DNA of 55,058 nt, taken from positions 1-55,058 of IMG/VR virus record IMGVR_UViG_3300021520_000004; one strand, written 5' to 3'. Below, piece by piece: positions 47,732 to 55,058 of this stretch; position 1 is the first letter of the stretch, and each line of letters opens with the position of its first letter. Origin of the DNA: a virus. Taxonomy: Duplodnaviria > Caudoviricetes. The notes below the pieces were generated by a model that was not told the DNA's origin, made no database searches, and saw only the letters and a program-made list of their open reading frames with translations. A program made the translations under genes and the position numbers.

Positions 47732-48246
47732 AGCTTCCTCCGGTACGACTCGATGATTTCTCGAGCGTCCTTGGGCCACTTGGTAGGGGCGAACACGTAG
47801 GCGTACTCCCCGCGGGTGGCCTGTTGGAGGAGACTGGTCTGCGCGGCCTGCTCCAGGATGAGCAGACAGGCGAGCTTCATGTCTTCAGGCACGTCATCGC
47901 CGTTGCCGGCGTGGAACTCCACGACGACGTTCTGCCGCCCGGCGGGGAACCCGCTCGCGCAGTAGAGTTCGCCGTGGTCGTAGACGAGCACGTTGTCGAG
48001 GTCCACGTCGTTCCCGTCGACGGTCAGAGATTCGACCGAGATCACCGGACAGTAGGGCAGGCGCAAGGTGGCCTCGCCCGAACCGTCCAGACTCGCGGTG
48101 AAGCTCTCCGTCTCCAAGGGGGCGTCGATGTATCTGCGGACGAACGCGGACAGGCCGGTGATCCAGCGCTGAAGGTGTGTCGGTCGCGTCGTGCCCGCTC
48201 CACCGAGGAAGTCTGTCACCTCGGCCAGCGTCACGATGTCGCTCAC
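47728..48246 (-). CDS. Head-tail connector/adaptor
   Basis: VTLAEV..FL, DGSG..L.LP..PV.SV, AG...VPEDMKLAC, YRR. Confidence 0.85.
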   Translation of the reverse strand: MSDIVTLAEVTDFLGGAGTTRPTHLQRWITGLSAFVRRYIDAPLETESFTASLDGSGEATLRLPYCPVISVESLTVDGNDVDLDNVLVYDHGELYCASGFPAGRQNVVVEFHAGNGDDVPEDMKLACLLILEQAAQTSLLQQATRGEYAYVFAPTKWPKDAREIIESYRRKL

Positions 48247-48512
48247 GGTTTCACCTTCGGTCTGGGGATGGGCCGGGGCTTGAGCACCGGGTCCGCCTTC
48301 GTCTGTTCAGGGAGACGCGGTTTCGTTTCCAGATTCATGGCGGGCTTCGTCTCGATGGGTGGGGACTTCTCCACCCGGCGGACGAAGAAGGGCGGGCCCT
48401 GGAAGTTCTCGATCAGGTACTCGCCAATGGAGTCGGGCACCTCATGCTCACCCGGCTCCAGCACTCTGTTGAGCACGTAGCCCCGATAGGTGTCTCGAAT
48501 CGTGATGAGCAT
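48243..48512 (-). CDS. Small capsid-associated protein
   Basis: GAGGAG RBS; ETKP repeats; directly after the capsid gene. Confidence 0.65.
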   Translation of the reverse strand: MLITIRDTYRGYVLNRVLEPGEHEVPDSIGEYLIENFQGPPFFVRRVEKSPPIETKPAMNLETKPRLPEQTKADPVLKPRPIPRPKVKP

Positions 48513-48533
48513 GAGGTTCTCCTCTCCCGTGCC

Positions 48534-49931
48534 TTACGAGCCGACGGTGATGGTGTTCGGCACGTCGTAGGCGTAGACCACGACGGGTTCCGTGGACGGG
48601 TAGCGGGACTGGAAGTCCTCGCGCATGCTCGCCACGACCTCGTCCGAACCGGCGACGATGTCGCGGAAGGACTCGATCATGGGAGAGCGCTTGCGACCGA
48701 GCACGAAGCCGTTGGTGTTGAGCAGGACGATGCCGGTCTTGGTCTTGGTGGAGTTGTCGTACACGCCGCTCGCGTTCATGTCTTCACGCAGGTAGCCGGT
48801 GGGGATGACGGGAGTACCGTCGAACCGGCCCAATTCCCCGGTGACCACGGTCGCGTTCGGGCCGTATTTCTCCATGGTGATGACCTCGTCGAGGCCCAGC
48901 ATGTGGATCAGTCCGACCGGGGACACGAGATAGGCGAGGCGCCGCACGGAGACGGCGTACTTGCCCATCATGCTGCGCAGGTAGCGCAGACCTTCGGTGG
49001 TCGGGGTACCCATGTCGTAGGTGTCCGACCCGTCCCGGGCGATCTTGCGCAGACCGTCCCAGGCACTGCGGACGTCGGCAGCGGCCGAGGGGCCGGTGAT
49101 GTCCGAGTCCATGTGGGTGCCGTTGTCGTCGCCGTTGATGAGGGCGTCTTCCTCGCCGTCGGCCAGCGCCTGGGCCAGGTCCTGGCGGATGAACGGCAGC
49201 ATGGCGATGATGGCGTCTTCCTCCACCTCGTAGGCCACCGTGCTGTAGGCCGCGATGGTATGGCAGGACAGCGTGATGTCGTCAGTCGTGGACTCCGACT
49301 GAGTCGGGTTGGACAGACGGCCCTTCAGGTACGCGCGGGCCCGAGCGGTCTGCGCCGGGATCTTGAACGGATCGTTGGGCATGGTCACGATGGTGAAGAG
49401 AGCCGCGACCTGGCGCTCAAGCTCGAACTTCATGATGAGGTCCGGGCTGTAGCCGGTGGGAATCCACTCGGAACCGGTGCCGGACCCGCCAACGTAGGAC
49501 GCCTTCACACCTTCGGCCGCCAGTATCTGCTGGATCTCGGCGTAGCTCTTGGTGGCGCGGATGTCGAAGCGAGCGTCCATGCGTTTCACGAACCGCATGA
49601 TCTCGAGGACATCCTGGAGTTCGAACAGACGCTTCAGGTTCTCGTCCTTGGTCACCAGGGACGGCAGTTGGAGCTTGCGCTCGAACGCCATCTTCTTCGT
49701 CTCGACGGAACCTTCCACGTCGAAAGCGCGCTTCAGCATCGGGGCTTCGTCGATGCGACGGACCGCGTCGGATACCTTGGCCACGTCATCGGCGATCCGC
49801 AGTAGCTTCTCCTGCACATCGCCGGGGGCGCCTTCCTTGAACTGGGCCTTGGCTTCCTGGACCGCCGTGGTCAGCGTCGCAACGCCTCCCGCGAGTTCGG
49901 CCATCGCGTCTTTCAGTTCTTCTTGCAACAT
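48534..49931 (-). CDS. Major capsid protein (HK97 fold, with N-terminal delta domain)
   Basis: GSEWIPTGYS, EEDA, EEDALINGD, GRFDGTPV, MREDF; AGGAGGT RBS. Confidence 0.93.
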   Translation of the reverse strand: MLQEELKDAMAELAGGVATLTTAVQEAKAQFKEGAPGDVQEKLLRIADDVAKVSDAVRRIDEAPMLKRAFDVEGSVETKKMAFERKLQLPSLVTKDENLKRLFELQDVLEIMRFVKRMDARFDIRATKSYAEIQQILAAEGVKASYVGGSGTGSEWIPTGYSPDLIMKFELERQVAALFTIVTMPNDPFKIPAQTARARAYLKGRLSNPTQSESTTDDITLSCHTIAAYSTVAYEVEEDAIIAMLPFIRQDLAQALADGEEDALINGDDNGTHMDSDITGPSAAADVRSAWDGLRKIARDGSDTYDMGTPTTEGLRYLRSMMGKYAVSVRRLAYLVSPVGLIHMLGLDEVITMEKYGPNATVVTGELGRFDGTPVIPTGYLREDMNASGVYDNSTKTKTGIVLLNTNGFVLGRKRSPMIESFRDIVAGSDEVVASMREDFQSRYPSTEPVVVYAYDVPNTITVGS

Positions 49932-49955
49932 GAGCTATGTCACCTCCTGGGTAAC

Positions 49956-49979
49956 AAAAAACCCGCTCGTGGCGGGTTT
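49956..49979 (-). terminator. Terminator-like hairpin between protease and capsid genes
   Basis: AAACCCGC-5 nt-GCGGGTTTTTT on the minus strand. Confidence 0.65.
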
Positions 49980-50009
49980 GGTTGGGGAGCTTTCGTCCGG
50001 ATCGTATGT

Positions 50010-51116
50010 CTACGTGGACAGCGCTTGGCTGGCCGCGTGGATGTTCTGCGTGGTCGCGCGGATAAGCGCGAGGATGTCGTTGTCCGCTTCGATCTCGATG
50101 TCGTTCACGGCGCAGATGCCTTTGAGCAAGAGCGCCGCCGAGTCGAGTTCCTGGAGCGCCTGCCGCACCTCATCCTCGCGGCCCTCGGCCTTGAGGCTCT
50201 TGGTCAGTTCGTTGAGGTAGGTGGCCTCGTCCAAGAGGAGCGCGATGGGGTCGGCCTTCTCCACGAAGCCGCGGAGTTCGCGGTAGTCCTTGGAGGGGAT
50301 CAGGGCGTCGGTGAGGTCGGTCTTGCCGGTCGCCTTGCCGGTGACGGGGGTGTAGGTGGTCTGCTCCTCCACCTCGGTGGCATCACCCAGAAGGGTGACG
50401 GACCCGTCGGCATCGGCAGTGTAGCCCTGCTGGTAGAGGGTGCTTTGCTCGGTGTCGTAGTTCTCCACAAGGTAGAGCACGGCAGAGGCCGAGTGGTCCC
50501 GGACCCACACGTAATCGGCACCGGGGTAGACCTCGCGCAGAGCCTCCTGAAGGGCAGTGTCCAACGCGCCGGCGGTGACCGCCCCGTCGATGCGCGTGGT
50601 CTTGGCGAACGCCTCAGCCACCATGAGCCGGCCGCCCTTGACGGTAGTGATGAGTGCCCGGTCGTTCATGGCGAAGCCGGTAGCGCAGATGGAATACTCG
50701 TTCAGGTTGAACTTGGAGATCTCCCTGACCGTGCGGCCCTCCTCCTTCACGAATCGCTTGCCGTCGGCGGGCACCGTGTAGCCGATGGACATGGCGCCGA
50801 TGACACCCTCGCGCATGCCGATGAGCACTTCGGACCCGGCGGGAGTGTCGAACATCTTGCCCTTGGTGAAGAGGCCCTGCGGCCGGTCCTCAAAGTACAA
50901 GGACTTGCCGATGGGGCGTTCGTTCTGCAGCCACCCGTGGCTGAAGTAGATGGGCAGCGTGGGGTTGGCCAGTCCGATATGGGCGCCGGCCCCGGCCAAG
51001 ATGCGGTCGTTGCCCTCGTCGATGTTGCCGTAGGCCGCCGCGTAGCCCTCGAACGTGCCTGCATCCACGTCCACCTTGAACTCCTGTGGCGGCGAGGTCT
51101 TGACCTCGATGAGCAT
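50010..51116 (-). CDS. HK97-type prohead protease with C-terminal extension
   Basis: FEGYAA.YGN.D..ND, H, PIG, MSIGY, LNEYS. Confidence 0.92.
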   Translation of the reverse strand: MLIEVKTSPPQEFKVDVDAGTFEGYAAAYGNIDEGNDRILAGAGAHIGLANPTLPIYFSHGWLQNERPIGKSLYFEDRPQGLFTKGKMFDTPAGSEVLIGMREGVIGAMSIGYTVPADGKRFVKEEGRTVREISKFNLNEYSICATGFAMNDRALITTVKGGRLMVAEAFAKTTRIDGAVTAGALDTALQEALREVYPGADYVWVRDHSASAVLYLVENYDTEQSTLYQQGYTADADGSVTLLGDATEVEEQTTYTPVTGKATGKTDLTDALIPSKDYRELRGFVEKADPIALLLDEATYLNELTKSLKAEGREDEVRQALQELDSAALLLKGICAVNDIEIEADNDILALIRATTQNIHAASQALST

Positions 51117-51140
51117 GATCTGCCTCCTTTGTTCTCGCCG

Positions 51141-51865
51141 TCACTCGGCGGAGTAGGTACACCAGCAGCGGCACGCGACGTGGCAAAGCGGCCGCATGTG
51201 CCCGCTTGGGAAGGGCTGGTCAATAGGGATGCTGCCCACATTGGAGTTGGCACGACAGCGCGCCTCCACCCTGTTATCCATCATGTCGTTCCAAGCCTTG
51301 TGCGTCATGCCCTGCCGCATCGCCAGCGCCTCGCGCACGGCCTCAAAGGCGGTCCCGGACTCGTATTGCGCCGCGATCCCGGCCCGCCACTCCGATTGCC
51401 GTTCGTAGTACGCCAGGACCCGTTCGCGCAGTTGGTAGTGACCTTCGCCGCGGGCGATGCCTTCAGCTATCTGGTCGCGGATGCCGCGCACGCTGGTGGC
51501 GCTCACGTCGGCGGCAAAACGGCTCTCCTGAGCCTGGAGGAGTTCGCGGATGAAGTCGGTGTCGATGGTCACGTCCGCACCGATGCCGTAGTCGCGGGTC
51601 ATGCTCGTGATGGCGCGGCCGGCCGTGGTGTTGAGGAAGGGGCGGATGGTCCGCTGCAGCGCGGCCATCTCCACCTCCATGTTGAAGGCGGCGGCGGCCA
51701 GCGCGTCGGCGTCGATCAGAAGGTCGGCCTCCCAGGTCGCCTCGAGCATGACAAGCGACTGCATGACACTGTATGCCTGCCACATGAGCAGCGAGGCGAG
51801 AAGGACGGCGAGTTGCTCGCGTTCGGCGTCGGCGTCACCGGAGGGATCAGACTTCAGCGACCAAA
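51141..51865 (-). CDS. MuF/SPP1 gp7-like head morphogenesis protein (no clear own start)
   Basis: KAW..D.RV..C..N..I...FPSG..P..H..CRC. Confidence 0.85.
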
Positions 51866-53275
51866 AGGGCGCACCACCGCCGTCTTTTGGCCTTCTGGGG
51901 CCGCGGGCGGCTGCGGGGGTACCTTTCCATTCCCATCGGGTTTCGGGGGCTCTAGCAGGCCCTGAGGGGGCTTCCCGGCGTAGGGAGCGAGTTGCGGTGG
52001 AACTGGACCTGTTGGCGGGGCCACCTCGTTCACCGGGGTGCCACCGGCCGACATATTGACCGGCACCCAGATCTTGTCGCCCTGCTGCTCCGTGGGCAGC
52101 TTGGGCAGATTCTCCCACTGTCTCTTCTCGTCGGGAGTGATCCACCACGCCTTGGACCCGGCCTCGGCGCGGAGCGCGAAGTTCGGCCGCAGCATCTCGT
52201 CCATGAAGAAGGCGGCGAAGTATTTCTTGTTGAAGGTCTGGGCCACGTGCGTCAGTTTGAACTCGATACGACGCGCCAGAGCCCGTACCGGCCCCTTGTA
52301 CCACGCCTGCCACGCCGCCTCGGCCTCGGAGCGGTTACTGCTCCCCTCTATGCCCAGGACGACCGGGGAGATGCGGTATGCCGCACAGACAGAGGCGCGG
52401 GCGTCCTGTTTGCCCTCCAGCCACTGGGCATCCTTCTGGGAGAGCGAGGCGCCGTTGAACTTCAGACCCTTGTCCAGCACGGCCACCCGACCGGCACGGT
52501 TGACCCCACGGTGGACGGCTTCCCACTCGCCCGAGATCTCCCTGCGCTCGCGCTTGAGCAGATCCTGGTCAGTTTCGAGGACGCCGCCGGGGAGCGAGCC
52601 GTTCGCGAGGAAGCTGCGGTTGTAGCGGGCGGCGGCAAGTTCCGTCTCGATCGAGAGGCGGGCCGCCGTGATGGGCGACAAGCCCCGCCATTCATTGGTG
52701 GGGTTGGTCAACTTGTAGAAGAGGATCTCGTCGGGATCGTAGCCGGTGCCGCTGGTACCGACCACGTACTGATAGCCGACGAGGCCGTCGCGCTGGTTGA
52801 CGATGGGTCCGAAGCGGTCGGGCCGCATGAGCAGCATCTGCACGATGCGGGTCTCCAGGATGTTCTTGACCAGTTCGACCGGACCCTCCCCACCGATGAG
52901 GAGGCTATGCACCAGCGCGTCGATGAACTCGAAGCCATCCTGCTGGGGACTGGGCTGGTCGAAGAGGTCGATCACGTCTCCTTCGGTGACCTCTTCACGG
53001 TCCAGCCCATCGCGCTCATAGACCTTGAGGGGCATGGACGCCAGCGCGTCGGAGTAGGCACGCACACACGCATAGGTCACGTAGGAGGCCGTAAAAAGGT
53101 TCTCAGCGGCCTCCTGGAAGGTCGTGGAGGAAGGCATGGCCGCAGAGGGCATCGGTTGGAACGGTTGCCCCGAGTCGAGCCCCGGTTCATAGCGGTTGCG
53201 GTCAGGCCCACGTTCCCCGCGCCCCACGACCGCCACGGGGGTCGTGAGTAGACCTACAAGGTCGAGGAAAGCCAT
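51854..53275 (-). CDS. Portal protein (HK97 family)
   Basis: YACV..LASMPL, GLSPI, NGSLPGGVL, VLDKGL.F, ITPDE.R. Confidence 0.93.
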   Translation of the reverse strand: MAFLDLVGLLTTPVAVVGRGERGPDRNRYEPGLDSGQPFQPMPSAAMPSSTTFQEAAENLFTASYVTYACVRAYSDALASMPLKVYERDGLDREEVTEGDVIDLFDQPSPQQDGFEFIDALVHSLLIGGEGPVELVKNILETRIVQMLLMRPDRFGPIVNQRDGLVGYQYVVGTSGTGYDPDEILFYKLTNPTNEWRGLSPITAARLSIETELAAARYNRSFLANGSLPGGVLETDQDLLKRERREISGEWEAVHRGVNRAGRVAVLDKGLKFNGASLSQKDAQWLEGKQDARASVCAAYRISPVVLGIEGSSNRSEAEAAWQAWYKGPVRALARRIEFKLTHVAQTFNKKYFAAFFMDEMLRPNFALRAEAGSKAWWITPDEKRQWENLPKLPTEQQGDKIWVPVNMSAGGTPVNEVAPPTGPVPPQLAPYAGKPPQGLLEPPKPDGNGKVPPQPPAAPEGQKTAVVRPFGR

Positions 53276-53451
53276 GCTGTCACCCCCAGTAGCGTCAAGC
53301 CCAAGGCGAAGAGCACAGCCGCTCCCAGCACCTTCACGGGCACGTATTCGGGGCCTCGGATGACCTTGCGGACCTCGCCGAAGTAGAGCGGCCCCGCCAA
53401 GAAGCAGAGAGCCAAGCCACAGAGGCCGATGAGGGCGGCGAGCGCGACCAT
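53254..53451 (-). CDS. Small membrane protein
   Basis: AAGGAGG RBS, two TM segments, between TerL and portal. Confidence 0.65.
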   Translation of the reverse strand: MVALAALIGLCGLALCFLAGPLYFGEVRKVIRGPEYVPVKVLGAAVLFALGLTLLGVTAWLSSTL

Positions 53452-53453
53452 GG

Positions 53454-54896
53454 CTACCTCCTTGCGCGTTCGCGCAGACGTTGCATCGCATAGGGTTCGT
53501 CGGAGTCGTAGTCTTCGTCGAGGTCGTCGTCCTTGCCGAGGACGGCTTCCTCGTCGGGTTCTTCTTCCTCATCGTCGATGTCGATGCCGGGGCGGTTGCG
53601 GGCGATTTGAGACAAAACTCCGTAGCGGATCGCGTCTGGGCAATGCGTGTTGTTCTTGGGGTCCGGCTGGTTGTTCACCCATTCGTAGGTGCCGAACTCC
53701 TTGATGGTCATCTTGCAGCGCGGATGCACGAGGATGGCGGGGGCACCCAGAAGTTTCTGCACTTTGAGCAGCCGCTTCACGACCTTGATGCCCACGATGA
53801 CCGGGTTGTCGGACTGAGTGCGGTGATCGAGCGAGGGCGCGGCCTTGGCCTCCCAGCCGAAGATCTTCAAGTCCTTGATACCGTCCGGGGAACGCGGGTC
53901 GCAGTAGAGCACTTCGGGTTTGGCATGGGCCGAGCCGGGACGATCGAACCACTCCTCCAGGCGGGCCGCGTGCTCCGCAGGCGTCATGCGCTGGAAGTAG
54001 TATTCGTCGTGGATAAAGGCTTGGCCCTCCTGAGTCACTTGGACCAAGAGGCAGACAAACGGATCAGAAAAACCGAGGTCCACCCAGCCCGTGAAGGGCA
54101 CGTCCGGGAGCACCTCGAAGCGCTGCACGTGAACGTCGGGGTCGAACTCCTCATAGACCAGCCCGGCGTGCGTAGTGAAGTCCGCGGCGATCTCCTGGGC
54201 GAACTCCACCTTGGGGAGAGATTCCTCCAGCTCCATGATCTCCGGGTCGTTGCGGCCGCCGGGGTAGATCACCGGGTTTGTCCATGAGGGGTTCTGGAAG
54301 GTGGCCCACTGAGACGATTCCTTGGCCTTCTCCACCAGGTCGTAGTACCAGTTGCGGCCTCGAGGCGTGGTGGAGAAGACCGCCACCCCGTGGAAGTCAC
54401 CAAGTGTCGGTCGGATAAGTTCCGTCCAGATGTGGGGCTTGAGGCGCGCGGCTTCCGCCATGATGACGGCGCCCACGCCCTCGCCGACCATCTGGTCTTC
54501 CTTCTCCTGGGAGCGGACCTCGATGGTGGCCCCGTTGCGGACCTTGAGCAGGTAGCGGCCGCCGATGACGTCCAGAACGTCCTTCTCCAGCTTCAGGTGG
54601 CCCTTGCGTTGCTGGATGCGTAGATCGTGCTGGAAGAGGCGAAACTCCTTGACCGCGAGCCCCTGTGTCGGCCCCACCACCCAGATGTAGAGATCGGGGA
54701 TGTAGACCAGGGATCCGATGTCGCGGACCCCACTCACGGTTTTCCCGTACCTTCTTCCACATGTGTTGGTCTTGAACCGCGCCGTGGAGTCGTGGAAGGC
54801 GATCTGGCCCGCATGGGGCGTGTAGCCGATGCGGTCCCAGTATTCGCGCTTGGCTTCGGGCCGCAGGAGTTCCCGGATGGTCGCGCGGATGTTCAC
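53454..54896 (-). CDS. terL: Terminase large subunit
   Basis: PHAGQ, GRRYGKT, TTPRG.NW, VDLGFSDP, H..DAIRY. Confidence 0.95.
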   Translation of the reverse strand: MNIRATIRELLRPEAKREYWDRIGYTPHAGQIAFHDSTARFKTNTCGRRYGKTVSGVRDIGSLVYIPDLYIWVVGPTQGLAVKEFRLFQHDLRIQQRKGHLKLEKDVLDVIGGRYLLKVRNGATIEVRSQEKEDQMVGEGVGAVIMAEAARLKPHIWTELIRPTLGDFHGVAVFSTTPRGRNWYYDLVEKAKESSQWATFQNPSWTNPVIYPGGRNDPEIMELEESLPKVEFAQEIAADFTTHAGLVYEEFDPDVHVQRFEVLPDVPFTGWVDLGFSDPFVCLLVQVTQEGQAFIHDEYYFQRMTPAEHAARLEEWFDRPGSAHAKPEVLYCDPRSPDGIKDLKIFGWEAKAAPSLDHRTQSDNPVIVGIKVVKRLLKVQKLLGAPAILVHPRCKMTIKEFGTYEWVNNQPDPKNNTHCPDAIRYGVLSQIARNRPGIDIDDEEEEPDEEAVLGKDDDLDEDYDSDEPYAMQRLRERARR

Positions 54897-54903
54897 TCCG
54901 GCG

Positions 54904-55058
54904 TCATACCTTCACGAAGGCTTTGAGCCCTTCCATGGAGCCGCTGCGCAGAGCTTCTTCGATGGCCTCCTGACGGCGCCGGGCTTCAGCGGCCGCGAGG
55001 ATGCTCTCAAGCTCACCCTCGCCCCGGCCCGCCCCGGCTGCCATGGCACCCACGCCAC
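54904..55058 (-). CDS. Terminase small subunit, 3' end (truncated by window edge)
   Basis: GVGAMAAGAGRGEGELESILAAAEARRRQEAIEEALRSGSMEGLKAFVKV stop, immediately upstream of terL; homologous to the HTH protein at 2499-3023. Confidence 0.7.
   Translation of the reverse strand, partial: GVGAMAAGAGRGEGELESILAAAEARRRQEAIEEALRSGSMEGLKAFVKV

Noticed and set aside
54445-54475. TerL Walker B reads VIMAEAA rather than hhhhDE
   Set aside because: Catalytic Glu and all other motifs are intact; most likely a natural variant, not inactivation.

Overview
A high-GC tailed (siphovirus-type, HK97-fold) phage genome or prophage, nearly complete and almost entirely on the minus strand. Reading right to left: TerS (partial), TerL, portal, MuF, prohead protease, major capsid, head-tail genes, tail tube, tail assembly chaperones, tape measure, Dit and tail-tip proteins. 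Next come a multi-enzyme lysis cassette, two unannotated His-rich peptides and a 7-gene glycosyltransferase/methyltransferase/deacetylase cluster ending in a strong terminator and a DnaA-box cluster. An early region follows (AlpA-like HTHs, ParB-methylase, Cas4-like nuclease, Sak4, SSB, initiator, primase-helicase, methylase), then a small plus-strand island with a tyrosine recombinase. The left end holds an HNH gene, a second TerS-like gene, a virion protein and a C-type-lectin-fold DGR target followed by an Avd-like start cut by the window edge. Main oddities: paired (A-H-x)n peptides heading the modification cluster; a 42-nt capsid-gene patch inside the TerS paralog; a DGR placed behind that paralog; three candidate -1 frameshifts (portal-MuF, chaperone, endolysin); a split tail-tip protein; and oriC-like DnaA boxes. 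Leaderless promoters, a tape-measure motif and the TTGTCCACA box suggest an actinobacterial host (inference). All family calls are motif recognition by eye, not database searches.
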